Assembly (NCBI GenBank): GCA_001643675.2
Contig: LSRY02000005.1
Location: 2,038,612 to 2,102,611 of the forward strand
DNA from: Monocercomonoides exilis PA203
Lineage: Eukaryota > Protista > Preaxostyla
DNA: 64,000 nucleotides
Direction: 5' to 3'
Made by a program: the position numbers and the translations under genes
The notes under the pieces: generated by a model
What the model was told of the DNA's origin: nothing
What the model saw: the letters and a program-made list of their open reading frames with translations, nothing else
The model's database searches: none
In this document: piece after piece, positions 37,887-50,551 of the stretch
Numbering within the stretch: position 1 is the stretch's first letter
How the letters are laid out: each line of letters starts with the position of its first letter

Positions 37887-39475
37887 TCAAGAAGGCAGGT
37901 GAACAGTGGTTTGAGCAGGGCCTACGAAAACTTAATGTTCCGGACAGCATGATAATACACATTAAAAATAGTGTTGCCACGTCAACATGGACAACATACA
38001 CATTTGGATTCGCACATTTCGCAAACGCTTGGATCAAGGGGAATATGGGGGAGTTACCGTCAGATCCTGTGATTTGGGTGAGGAAGTGCTTGGACACTTT
38101 CATATGTTTAGATAATGAGGGTTTTCCTCCTCAGTGCTTAAAGCAAGCAAGGTCCGCAGTGTCGCTATTCACAAGAAGTGCTTTCTCTTTCGATTTAGGA
38201 ACAGTACCGATAATAAAGACATTCTTTCGATCTATCATGAGAAAGGAAAAGAAAAGAGCTCCGTACGAGGAAATATGGGATCCACAGGTCCTTTTCAATT
38301 ATCTCCGAACTCTGTGGCCCAACGAGACTTTGAGCGTATACTCTCTGACATTGAAATCAATAACTCTGTGTATGTTATTCACTGCATGCATGTTTTCAGA
38401 ACTGGCGAGCATTTCAATGAACGATTCGATAATCTCTGAGAATGCAATTCATCTCTCAGTCCAATTGAAAACAAGACTCGCAAGATCGTTCATCACAGTC
38501 CCTAAACTGAAGGAGATCCAGTCAGATGTTTGTCCAGTTCGTGCAATATTGGAACTTTGGAACCAAATTAAAGTTTTGTATCCAGGAAGAGACACGTTCA
38601 TAATAAACACGAGAACCGGATCAAGAATGTCAAAGGATGGAATTCGTAAACTCGCAAAGGAGGCAATGAAGCAGGCAGGAATCAACCCCTCGTTTCGGCC
38701 TTCCACTATAAAGCATGCAGCTTTGTCTGCTCTCCTTGCCGCTGGAGTTCCGGAGGTTATGGTAGCACACTTTGCCAGATTGTCTCCCACAGCTCACACA
38801 CCAACTAATTCTGACTTCAAAACAAACACTGCTCAAGCGATGGCCCAGGTTCTGACAGAGCACCAACCATTCCCACAAACGGGGTCTCAAATACAACCTT
38901 GGAGTGCACAAATAACTCAAGGATCTTCTTTTGCAAACATCCAAGCTCCAAACCAATCTGCAATTATCGTGTTTCCTGTTCAACATGATATGGCCCTTTC
39001 ACCTCAACCACATCCTTCGCAACTGTATCAACAACAACCTCAGACGTTTAATTTTCAGCCCTCCTCTCAGTATTTTCAAAGCCAGCAACCTTCAAATACA
39101 ATTGGATTATCGCTGGCGCAACCACAAACTTTTAATTCCCCACAACTATCTTTACAGGCAAATTGTTCCATTCCAACACAACAGCTTCCCTCTCTCACAG
39201 AACAGAGCATTGACATGGACATCGAAGAGTCGCAATCATCGCAGACCGTTGGAGAGGAGAAGGATATCAATAAGGAAAATGAAGAAGTCAAAGAAGTTGA
39301 AGATAAACTGCACAATAAGGAAAACATTTGCATTGATCAGGAAGAGGATTCGAAGCGATCATGTTCCCATTCAACTGTCAAGAAATCAAGAAATATTTGC
39401 ACACGAACAGAGAGAGTGGTAACAAGAGCCTACGCAATATTAATGGAACAGGAGACACAAAACATGCCCAATTAA
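36067..39475 (+). CDS. DIRS ORF3: tyrosine recombinase (domain ~37900-38850) with a long N-terminal part overlapping ORF2
   Basis: Motifs are STWTTY, ARSAVS, YEEIWDP, LTLKSITL..LFTAC.FSEL, KT, CPVRAI, AGI..FRPSTIKHA and a Q-rich tail. The frame is continuous with ORF 36067-36645 once the extra T at 36608-36611 is removed. Confidence 0.85.
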
Positions 39476-39478
39476 TGA

Positions 39479-39582
39479 TATCCCAAATAGAAAGAGGAGT
39501 TGTATTTTCATTAGTTCTCGAGAATTAAGAAGCTAATGCTTTTTAATTCGTTAGAGAACTAATTAATATACAACTCCTCTTT
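39479..39582 (+). repeat. DIRS internal complementary region (ICR)
   Basis: 39479-39548 is the reverse complement of the left terminus and 39545-39582 is the reverse complement of the right terminus. The two halves share AATT. Confidence 0.93.
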
Positions 39583-39790
39583 TCCCTCCACAAAGCGAAG
39601 CTTTTCCCACCCATGGAACTTACAGTTAATAAAACCTTTTCTTGCATTTTGAAAGTCTTCGTGTTTTGTAGTCATAAAAGAAAGATATAACTCCTCAGTG
39701 CAAATTTGCACAGCCTGTTATTGGACGCTAACTTTTTAATTCTTTTTTACTTTTTCATCACATCAGCAAACACCACAAATTTCACGTCAC

Positions 39791-39871
39791 ATTGATCGGC
39801 TGAGCCCATAAAACGGAGCTCTATCCCAAATAGAAAGAGGAGTTGTATATTAATTAGTTCTCTAACGAATT
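39791..39871 (-). repeat. DIRS right inverted terminal repeat
   Basis: This is the reverse complement of the left ITR core, with a diverged outer end finishing ...CTAACGAATT. Confidence 0.93.
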
Positions 39872-40003
39872 GAAATCATATTAAAAGATGAAAATACAAA
39901 AAGTTCTTCTAAGGATATTTTTTTCAAGTTTGACAGATAATCAATATAGAAAATTCAAAAATTTGAGAGGAAAATTATCAAACATCTCATGCTCCCAAAT
40001 GAA

Positions 40004-41436
40004 CTAGTTGTAGTCTGAAATTTTTGTTGATAATTCATAGCCATATTCACTGTTAAGAAAGTCAAATATTCCATGAAAGCTTGTAATGACATCTTCATAT
40101 CCTTCTTCTTCCATCTTTCCAAATGACTCCATTTTGGTTGCTTTTCTTTTCGCTTCCACTTTTTCATCTTTCTCTTTTATTTTCAATCGCTTCGAAACAT
40201 TCGTAAAAAATAGTAAGTATTCATACGCCATCTTATCATCCAATGTTGGTCTCTGTATCTCCTCCAAATAGAGTCCAATAGTTCCGCTTTCCAAAAAGTT
40301 ATCAGTTTTCACGTCTTTATTTTCTGCTGCTTCTCTTAACGAATAAAGGCATTGTAATTGAATTCCAAAGCAATTATCTCTTGATGCTCTATACACTTGA
40401 GAAATACTTCTGATAAGCCCAGAATATTCTTCATTCCACGATCTGCAATTGCGAAAATAAATTTCCAACATTTCGAACCATCTCATCAAAACAATCTCAT
40501 CTTCAGTTTCTTTTCCTCTTTCTTCTTTTCTCTTCCAATCCATACACTTTGAAAGATCTTCCAGTTCTTTTGCAGCTTCCCTCACAAAATGTAGTTCATT
40601 CACAATCACTTCTGTAAAGCTTTCATCATTATAAGATCTGTATATCAAAAACTTCCAAGCAGACTGATAGGCAAGTCGAGTCAAGTTGTGATGTTCCCGG
40701 CGATATTTAATGATTTCTTTGATTTCATTCAAATACAGTTTTTGTTCAATAAACTAATAAAAAAAAGAGGAAAAATTCATTCACATAAAAAATAAAATTG
40801 AAATGTTCATACATCATTTTCATCAATGCAGCTCAAAGCCAGCAAACTCATCTCCATTTCTTTCTGAACTTTCTTGCTTTCCTCTTTCTTCGAAGCAATC
40901 TTCAGAAGACATGGCACAACGATTGAAAGAATTTCATCAAAAATGTCATCATCACCCAGCAAAGCAAAACATTCACAAAGATCAGTTAAAAGCTTTTCAT
41001 CTTTTTTCTTCTCATTTTCATCAATTATCATCTCTTTCATACTTTCTCTCAATGATGAATAATCAAAAGAATAGCATATGAAGCATTTCAATTCCTTGTA
41101 ATATCCAACATGCTTCAACAGCAAAATTGCATTTTCCATCGAAATCATCATTTCTTCAATCATTCTGTTGATCGTATCGAACAGTTCTATTGTGAAAATT
41201 GATCTGAATTCTTCTTCACTCATTTCCTCAACCATTCCGTTCATTTCAAGGATTGTATGCTTTTGTTCAATTTCATTGTAGTGTTCCAGCTCACGAAGCA
41301 ATTCTTCCAAAATTATCGAAACATGTCAAATAAAGTTCTTTCAAACAATAGATTAAATTCACAAACTTGAAAACTTCTCTGCAAGTGATGGCTCCTGAAC
41401 ATCATCATTGGATTTAGCTTCATCACACATTTTCAT
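40004..41436 (-). CDS. Member of a lineage-specific helical multigene family (two short introns)
   Basis: Exons encode AEKFS / ELEHYNEIEQK..VPCLLKIASKKEES..EMSLLALSCI / LYLNEIKEIIKY..HHNLTRLAYQSAW..KMEEEGYEDVITSFH. A decayed paralog is visible at 56610-57770. Confidence 0.75.
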
Positions 41437-44048
41437 TCTGTTCGTTATATGCAAAGATCAATTTGCGCGAAACTTCGTGTATAAAACAAAATTACAAAAA
41501 TAACATATATTGATGATTGTTGACAAAGCAAAGATAAAGGCCAAACTCAATTCCTTTGCTTAATAAAAATCTGTGTTAAAAAGAAATCACAAAGAAGCCA
41601 ACTGTACAGGATATATTAAGTCAAGCACGAAAAAGTTAAATTTCTGTCTGATCGAACCAACAATAATTCATTTCATGGAAATGGATAGAATTTAGATGAA
41701 TAGTTGAACGTATCAAAAAATATCCCACATGTCTGGATTTGAGTATTAAAAAAAATATCTATTTTAACATTTTGAGTAGAACAAAGAAGGGAAAATTTGG
41801 TGCTTTTTTGAACTTTACAAAAAAAGTGACAAAAAAGCAACAATTTGCACATTAAACTATGCATTTTAACGTTATCGCAAATTAAAATTCAAACATAAAT
41901 ATTTCAATTATTCCCCTCGCATATAGAGTTATCTGGAAGCTTTACTTGTTAGAAATGATTTTTCCTGTTAATTCAGAGTGTTTGCTGGTTTTTGTGCATA
42001 TTTCAAATTTTTAGGATAAAAGTTATTAGACATCGGGATGGCTTTATCCTTAGTTCGTTTTTAAAGTGGGATATTCATGTTGAAGGAAAATTGATGGAGG
42101 GAATCAAGCTTTCATCAATTCACATTTTAAAGAAACAAGGGCAAAGGACAATTGAATGCCTTTGGAGCAATATTAAAGCAACGAAGGGCAAAATTGTTAA
42201 TCGAGCAATGAAAGAGATTTCATTCCAAAAGGCTTTGAAGCTGAGCGAAGATGAAAAAATTCGAGAAGGCAAAAGAAGATTAATGAAATATGCGGAACCA
42301 AGCACATGAGGAATTTTGAATTCATTTCAACGCATTTATCGTTTTATGGTGAATCCGATTTAAGTGTATTTTCCCTTCAAGCTGCTTGTTGCATTTTGTT
42401 GAAAGTCATCATTTTGGGTTGTTTTGATGGTTATTGTTGATTCACCGATTTCGGGGTGGATTTCTATACAAAGGAGGAAACAATTCGAGCGATGCCAAAA
42501 CAAATATGCAAGGACAGACAAAACAACAAATTAATTATTTTGCCAAATTAAGGTGTGCTTTTCAATTTAATGTCACATTTATACATTTTTTAAGAAAAAA
42601 AGAAAGAAAGAAATTATAAAAAAAAACAATTATTTCAACTTTTTCAACAATGATAATTTCATATTTTAATTTTCATTTTTTCTTTCTTTTCTTTTTTCTG
42701 TTTTTGTGTTGCACGGATGTTCTTTTGACTTTAGTTAACAAAATAATTGGTTGTGAAGAAATGATAAAAGAAAGACTGCTTCAATCAGAAGGGTGATAAG
42801 AAAAGCTTATTAAAAAAAGGGAATTACCTCATTTCGAAATGCTTTTTTGATTTGAATTTCTTCTTCTTCTTCTTCTTCTTCTTTTTTTTTTTTTGTATTC
42901 TTTTTCAATATTTTGTAAACTTTGAAATTTCACTTAAAAACAGATTCGTCTTGCAGATCAATCGCTAATTCAGACTCAGCGTCTTGCAGTAACTTGTGAA
43001 GACACTCACCATCATCAGCTTGTTGGCCTGTGTTTTTATTTCACAGCATCTGCCTTTGAATGTGTCTTTCTTATTTCTTTTTAAGAAAAAATTGGAGTAA
43101 AATTTATAAAAACAGAAAAAATATGATTTATTACAAGTACAATGAAGAGCTTCCTCAAAGAAAATCTGTTGATATTTCAATGAGAAAAATCATTTCGAAA
43201 AAAAGGGAAGAAAAGAAGAAGAAGAAGAAGAAGAATTTGTGTTGTTGAAGTTATCTTTGAAAAAAATGAGAAAATAATCATATAGGTCATACATCACGAT
43301 TACTCGTAAATAAAAATAAAATAAAATAAAAATAAAAAAGAAAGAAATGAAGAAAGATAAGATAAGATTAGAAACAAAAAAATAGATTATCTAATAAGAT
43401 GACAATAACAATGTAATAACTATTTTTTTTTTGTTAAATCTTATTTTTCGTTCGTCAGATGAAATTTCTTCCACTTCGCGTCTTTTTTCGATATAAATTC
43501 AATTCTTCTTTCATTTTTCTTTTCTTTACTTCTTCCCTTTTTATGAAATCTTTCAATTTCTATCAAATTCTTTTCTCATGCTCAGAAAAATCCCTTTTCT
43601 TCAAATCTTTTGCAAATAATTTTTTTCTCTCTTTCTCTCTTTCTTTCGTCTAACATGAAATCGATTTCCTTTTCTTCAACGCATTTTTATAATCTTCATT
43701 CTTTCTTGTCCAACCAGAAAATCTTTGTTTTCAGCACAAATGAACAATTTCCTGTGAAATTTCACAAGAAACATAAGCAGAAGAAGACATTGAAGAAAAT
43801 GATATTTAAAAAAATAAGAAATTTGAAGCAAGTTACTTTCAAACAGTCTTTTTTTTTTTCTTTCTCTTTCTTTTTCTCTCATTCGTCTTGATTTTATTCA
43901 AAGATTTTCATTTTGTTCTTCATTTTCCTTCTTCCTCATTTCTTTCCTTCTTTTTTCCTTTTGATTTCTTTCCTTTTTTTTCTCTTTTTCTTCTGTTGAA
44001 GCATTTTCTTTGATATTTTCTCTATCCATTTTCATGTCTTCTATTTGG

Positions 44049-46892
44049 TTATTCAAATAAAGGCGATGCAATATTTGTTTCTGTCATAAATCCTTTCATA
44101 TTCGCTGCTAATTCATTTCCTTGCAGTCCTTCTTCATTTAACACAGAAGAAGAAGACAAAATCTGATTCACAGCTTCTTCAATGAATTCACTACTTATTC
44201 CTTCCTTCTTCCTTTTTTTTTCTAAATGTTCTATTGATTCATTAATACCATGTGTTGTATTGTTCAAATGTTGAATGGAAGATGCATTTTCATTTGAATT
44301 CGAATTCGCTTCTTTCTCATCATTTTTTCCTGTTCTATTTTCTTCTTCTTCTCCTCCTCCTCCTTCTTTTCCTTCACATTCATTTTCTTCCTCCTCCACA
44401 TGTATCTGCTGCTTCTTTGAGAATATTTTCTTCTTCTTCTTCGTCGTCATCACAATCAAAATGACACAAACAACTGCTACAACTGCCACAACACCAACAA
44501 CAATCACAATAATCCACCAAGCAAATGGCTTATCTTTTTCTCCATTTCCTTCTCTTCCTTCTGATTCCTTCTCTTCTTTTGATTCGTCTTCCTTCTGCTT
44601 ATCTTCCTTCCTCTTCAAATACTTTTCATATGCATCTTCTGGCTCTGATTCTTTATTTTTTGCTCCCACAATCCATCCAACTGTCGAATCATCGTAATCA
44701 TTCGCAAATTCGAATGCACCTTCCTGTTTGCAGAACTCATCTAAATCAGGTGCAACGATGAATAGAGAAGTTGATTTTGAACCAGCTGTATTTGAGCTGT
44801 CTATCTCCAGATTGTTTGCTGATGGAAGCTGAAGATTTGGTGTTATCTTTGTCATCCAAATGTATATTGCCCCAACTTTCCCATTCGGTGCTGAACAAGA
44901 TTTGAATGAGCATTTGTCGTTTCTTCCAATCGCGACTGTTGATTCTTCTGAACTCAAAGAAATCTCCAAGCCAGCCACATCTCCATTCTCTGAGTTCACT
45001 TCCTTTATGCTCAGTCCTTCAATGCAAACTGTTGAAGGTGTGCTTTCTCCATCTTTAATAACAATCGCTGCTCCATTTTTGACATTCACATTGCTCATCT
45101 CCACTCCATTCAATGAAATTTCACTGACACCTTCAAAATAAAATGGGGAAATTGAAAATGAAACACAAATTGAATCATCTGCACATGAAACATTGACCAT
45201 CGAAACTTTCCCACTTAAAACGCTCACAAGTCTACCTTCAACAGAACCGTTTCCATCAACACATGTGACAATTCCTCCTTCTGATGATATAACTCTAATT
45301 CTGACAAATCGGCAATTGCTGATCGTGAGTGATGCTGATCTTTCATTTCCAAAAATCAAATAATTCCATTTTTTTTCAGAAGTGGGAAAGTTGAATGCCA
45401 AAGACTTGAATTCCACCTCTTTTTCACATGTAAATAAAGCATTTGAAGCGCTAACAGCACAATCAATAGCCACTTCAACATTTCCATTTCCATCGCTGTT
45501 CACTCCTTCAATGGTAATTCCCTTTTCGTTGCTAATTGTCATTTCTTCTGCTGTAAACTGGCTTTCATCTATTACAATCTCTATGAAGTATCCTTCAGAA
45601 GATAGAATTCCATTTAGTTCACTGAATGCTCCTTTCAATGAACTCAATGGTGAATTGCTTGTCCATCCGTCTCCTGTTCCTTTGTTCTTCAAATATATCT
45701 TTCCGGTTTGATCTAAATACATGGAAACAAAATCGTAAAATTTGACTGTTCCATCAATACATGCTGCAACATTCCACAAATTGTCATTCCGAGTATAATC
45801 TGCTGCAAAACTCTTCTTCATTGCTGATGCGATATCTTCGAACAATGAGTCATTCGTCATTATCAATAATAGGCCAGTGTCTCTTTTTGATTTACCTTCT
45901 CCGACTGTGCATTTGTCAAATATCAGATTCCTTCCATCTTCAGGCCAGTTAAGCTGATTTGCTGATTTAATAGCTTTCATTCGTAGACATAATGCAGAGC
46001 TATATTCAAAATCAGTATGGAATGATGAAAAAGTTGTGACACCTCCATCTCCAACAGCAAATGTGCTTTCTTCGTTACCAGTTTTGAAAGCCAAAGCCAT
46101 ACGAAAGCCGTTTATCTCCGAAAAAGTGCTCCCATTCAATTTAAGATCGGTTTTGATTTTTTCGTTTGAGCTGTAGATATCGACAACGGCTTCTGAAAAA
46201 ATATCATCATTTGGATCATCAATTAAATCAATTTTCTTCAAAGTCAAATTGGATAATATCACCGTTTCGCAATCACTTGCAAAAAACACTTCTCTCTTCG
46301 TTGTAAATGTATTTTCTTCATCTGTACATTCAACTGATTCCATCGTCAATGATCCTTGATATTGGTAAACAAGTCTACAATCAACCACGCTTCCGTCTGC
46401 TGGTCGAATAAATCTACAGTTGCTTATTGTCAAGCTTGTACGTTGTGCGTCTATAACAGACAACGAATATACATCTGGAACAACATCTTTCTCCAATGTT
46501 GTTGGAATGTGAAATGCCAAGTATTTGAATTCCGTAGGACAATGGCAATTAAATAGATCTATTCCTTTATGCACTTCACAGTCTATTTCCACTTCAGTGT
46601 TTCCACTTCCATCACTTTTCCATCCTTCAAGCGTAACTCTTGTCTTTTTACTGACTGTAAAAACTTCCGCAGGAAATGGTTTTGCATCTTCAACAACTTT
46701 AATGTAGCATGTGCAATCGTCGCTTAGGAGTAAGCTTGCAAGAGTGAAAGTTTGCATTTCCTCGCCAATCTCCAAACCACTGTTGCTATCGTTCCCGCTA
46801 TGCTTAACAAACACTGTTGTAATTGGCTGTGATGAATCGTCTAGCAAGTAAACCGATATTACGATTTGCACAAAAATTAATCCCCAGAACAT
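44049..46892 (-). CDS. Type I membrane/surface protein with two tandem beta-helix-like modules
   Basis: There is an N-terminal hydrophobic signal, duplicated motifs (EGWKSDGSGNTEVEIDC / EGVNSDGNGNVEVAIDC; SLTISNCRFIR / SLTISNCRFVR), and a TM segment WWIIVIVVGVVAVVAVVCVILIV followed by KKKKK. Confidence 0.85.
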   Translation of the reverse strand: MFWGLIFVQIVISVYLLDDSSQPITTVFVKHSGNDSNSGLEIGEEMQTFTLASLLLSDDCTCYIKVVEDAKPFPAEVFTVSKKTRVTLEGWKSDGSGNTEVEIDCEVHKGIDLFNCHCPTEFKYLAFHIPTTLEKDVVPDVYSLSVIDAQRTSLTISNCRFIRPADGSVVDCRLVYQYQGSLTMESVECTDEENTFTTKREVFFASDCETVILSNLTLKKIDLIDDPNDDIFSEAVVDIYSSNEKIKTDLKLNGSTFSEINGFRMALAFKTGNEESTFAVGDGGVTTFSSFHTDFEYSSALCLRMKAIKSANQLNWPEDGRNLIFDKCTVGEGKSKRDTGLLLIMTNDSLFEDIASAMKKSFAADYTRNDNLWNVAACIDGTVKFYDFVSMYLDQTGKIYLKNKGTGDGWTSNSPLSSLKGAFSELNGILSSEGYFIEIVIDESQFTAEEMTISNEKGITIEGVNSDGNGNVEVAIDCAVSASNALFTCEKEVEFKSLAFNFPTSEKKWNYLIFGNERSASLTISNCRFVRIRVISSEGGIVTCVDGNGSVEGRLVSVLSGKVSMVNVSCADDSICVSFSISPFYFEGVSEISLNGVEMSNVNVKNGAAIVIKDGESTPSTVCIEGLSIKEVNSENGDVAGLEISLSSEESTVAIGRNDKCSFKSCSAPNGKVGAIYIWMTKITPNLQLPSANNLEIDSSNTAGSKSTSLFIVAPDLDEFCKQEGAFEFANDYDDSTVGWIVGAKNKESEPEDAYEKYLKRKEDKQKEDESKEEKESEGREGNGEKDKPFAWWIIVIVVGVVAVVAVVCVILIVMTTKKKKKIFSKKQQIHVEEEENECEGKEGGGGEEEENRTGKNDEKEANSNSNENASSIQHLNNTTHGINESIEHLEKKRKKEGISSEFIEEAVNQILSSSSVLNEEGLQGNELAANMKGFMTETNIASPLFE

Positions 46893-47468
46893 TCTTCAAA
46901 TAACACTTATTTAAATTTTTTATTTTGATCAATGCTTATATAAAATGTAAATTGATAGTCTTAATTAGTTTTTGAGAGATTTTAAAAAAGAAACATCTTC
47001 TTGTTCATTTCATGAACTACTTTCATTAATTGATGTGTATGTCATTTTTTTGAATAAAAATTTCTGAACGAACATCCATTATATTCTTTTGTTCATCGAT
47101 TTATAAAAGAATTCGATGTTTAAGGAAATAACTGAAATGAGTCTTTAAAGAATTTTGAAATAGTCAATTTGTTAGTGTTGAAACAAGCCCTGGGTGACGT
47201 GGTGACTTCTGACGTGCACTTTTCGATTTTTGACGGACGTGATGCACATTTTCACGTTATAAGAAATAATCATTGAATAATTAAAGTGTTTTTTTTAATT
47301 TAAAATTTTTTTGAAAACACTGTTTGTTTTTTAAAAAACAATAATATAAAAATTTTCGAAAATTTTTTTTTAACAAATTATGCATAATTATTTTTTTCTG
47401 ACGCAAAAGCCAAAATCGGAATTTTGAAACGTCACTGAAGTCATTGACGTCACGTCAAGTCACATTAA

Positions 47469-50461
47469 ATGTTAGAGTTGGAAGAAGACCTGGAAAATGA
47501 AAACTTACAAAAGGAATTACAAGAGTGTTTAAGAAACGTTTTTATTGTTTGCTCACATCTCACAACATTTCTCACATAAGGGTTACCATTTTATTTGTTA
47601 GAAAGATATTTACGAAAAGGCAAAAAAGAAAATGCGTGACACAGATAGTCAATTTGTGAAATTACATAAACACTGTGAAACAAAATTTGGACAAGGTTTG
47701 TTAACTTTTTTATGATTTTCAAGGAATTATATTTTTTGTGTTTTTCTTAATAATGAGTGTATGATCATCCTCGGAAAAAAAATGAATTTCTTTCTCGACT
47801 TTCGTTTTAAGTTATTGGCGAATCATTGTGGATAACTTATTCTCTTGTTGACGAAAACGGAATTCCAAAAAAGGATTGTCACAAATATTATCTATGTCCA
47901 AATGCAAAGGATGGATTTACTTGCGGGATATCTGGCAGAAGAAGTTATTCTGTGGATGCAAAACACGACTGTGAATTGATGAAATACAAAAGCATTGCGC
48001 GATGCAAAAAGATTCCTGATCAAGATTTATCTTTCAATGATACAAAATTGTTTTCAAAAATTGATGGTTCTTTTTATGCGCAAGAATTACAAAAACAGTT
48101 TATTTCTATGATATGTCGATGCAATTCTTCGTTTTTGTCATCTTCTTCGAAAGAAATGAATAATTTTATTTCTTCACTAATAAGAGCTGGCCAAAATTGT
48201 CCTTCGCTTTCATCAACATCAATATTCCCATATTTGACTCGAAAGATAATTACACACATGGTGCTCAAAGAAAAAACTCAAATCGTAAAGGTAAAACAGT
48301 CTAGCATTAGGAACAATGGAGTGAGTTTAATGTTGGATGGTGCATGTGTTGGTAATCGAAAAATTACTGTTGTGACAATCTCAAAATTATCATTGGACAG
48401 AAAGCCCATGTTTTGGGGATTATATCCTCCATGTGGAACTTCAAACGAATATGAGTCACTTGTTAAAAGTTTAATTATAGAATTATCTCAGTTCAATACG
48501 GTTATCAGGAGTTATTGCACCGATGGATTGTTATCTTAGAAAAGAGCCATTGAGAATTTATCTACACAATTCAGCAATGAAAAGACACCTGTTGAGAAAC
48601 ATCCTTCATTTATTCCCTTTCATGTTTATTGCTGCAATCACTTGACAAATTTGATAATCACTAATTTATTAACCAAAATCCCATTTCTTTGTGATCTCAA
48701 ATTAAGAATGCTGAATTTTTCTCAAAAGGCCCATACTCGGCCAATGAAAAACCTTCTGAAGAAGCATGCGCCCACTTTTGTCTCAACAAGATGGCTTTCT
48801 CTGTTTAACATTTCTTCATTCATCAGAAAGAAAAATCAAATCATTCAAAAGGAAAATTTTATAGACACGGATAGCCTTGTGGATATCATCAAAGCAGAAG
48901 CATTTTTACTCCCTTTTCATTTGCTTTATATGCACTTTGAAAATGATAACACCAAGTTGAGCCATGTTTTCCCTATTTTGTTAAAAGTTTTTGAGCTTTT
49001 TTTCTATTTATTAAAGCAAGATCCTTTAAGAGAAGATAAATGGAGAAATTCTATCACTAACGCTTTAATATTGATGTATAATTATTTTTTTTTGTTGGAA
49101 CGCGTGGAGAGTTCATAGTGCTTTCATATGCTGTGACGCCAAACGCTGTTCAACTTGTTCGAAAACAACTCTTTCCTCTCAGGAAATTTTCTTCTTCTTC
49201 ATTTTTAGAAAAAGAAACAGAAACATCTATCCAATCATCCTCAACTTATTCTTCAGAATCCAGACAGATCGCCTCATCTTTATTTCATCCTTTACCGTAT
49301 CCTGTCGATTTTCACACAAATGAGTTATTTTTGTTTTTATATTTCTTCTTCTTTAAATTTTTTTCTCATTGTTTTTTTATATTTTGTTTTTTACAGGATA
49401 GATGATGAATGCCAATTCCCGTATGCATTTTTGAACAAATCAAAAACTCATACAGGCTTGATAACACTTTTTTCTGAGAATGATAAATATTATTTTGATT
49501 CTATTCATATTATTAGAAGGAAAAAACGAATTGCAAGATATCCTTTCATTGATAAAACAATTAGAAGAAGATGATCAAGAAAAAATGAGAATAGAAATGA
49601 AAAAATATTTGATATCGATGAAGATGATGACGAAAGCGATGATTATGGATTATTGGAAGCTGAAGAAAATTCTGTTGATGATATGTATGATTTTTTGTTT
49701 GGACAGTGCAATTCAAGCCAAACTCAATTCGAAAAAGAAAATGAACAATATTCAACGACTGACGTTTCATCAAATGCATCTTTTTCCTCTTCCTCGACAA
49801 TATCAATTATTGATCATGATTCAACTTTCTCATCATGCATGACTACACAAGAAACAATGAATACATCGCATGGGGAAATGATGGATATTGATAAGGATAT
49901 TGATGATTGCCAGAAGAATCAAATCATTAATATGGAAGATGACATCCATAGTGAAGATCATAGGAAAATTGAAGGGCTTCATTCAGGAATCGAAGGGGAA
50001 AAAATGTGGAAATGGAAGAATTATTTTCCACAAGCAAATTTACTATTGTAACTGAATACAATGAAGAAAAGAAAATCCAGAGTATCAAACAAATTGAAAA
50101 TGCATTATTTGTCGATTGATTTCCAAGGCTTGATGCATATTTTGCTAAATATTCTAAAACAGTCATAAGAGGAATGGAAAAAGAATATTCTGAAAACTGC
50201 AGACTGTTATTTGAAAGACAGATGAGATCGAAACCTGAAGATTTACATCGAAACGATCCTGAAATTTATTGTCGAGTGTTGGCAGCATATGGAGATATTC
50301 AAACTGTTTATTCAGGATTATGCCTTTCATTAATTTTTTCTCCCTGTAGTGAAGCCAGTTGTGAACGGATCATTTCCAGGATGAAAAATATTACCGGAGA
50401 TCAAAGATATTCATTCAATATTCAGACGCTTGAAGCAATACTTCATATTAAACCTGTGTGA
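47469..50461 (+). pseudogene. hAT transposase, intron-containing, disrupted
   Basis: Motifs are LMLDG (D1), YCTDG (D2), YCCNHLTNL (CxxH), STRWLS and SPCSEASCERIISRMK (E plus dimerisation domain). There is an in-frame TAG at 48537-48539, a TGA near 50117, and several homopolymer frameshifts. Confidence 0.88.
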
Positions 50462-50513
50462 CGTGATGAAATTTTTGTCTTCACGTCAGTCAGTGAATTT
50501 TGGTCACGTCAGT

Positions 50514-50551
<38 letters not shown>

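Larger units (their letters stand above)
34874..39871 (+). mobile_element. Full-length DIRS1-type tyrosine-recombinase retrotransposon (~5.0 kb)
   Basis: The element has non-identical inverted terminal repeats, an internal complementary region, and gag, RT-RNaseH-MT and YR ORFs. AATT occurs at both ends. Confidence 0.95.

Noticed and set aside
35960-39475. 1171-aa ORF as a novel RT-tyrosine recombinase fusion protein
   Set aside because: It arises from a single extra T at 36608-36611 that switches the RT into the overlapping ORF3 frame. The rest of RT/RNase H lies in ORF 36600-37886.
39479-39582. Hairpin read as a terminator, ncRNA or CRISPR-like repeat
   Set aside because: It is fully explained as the DIRS ICR, which matches both termini.
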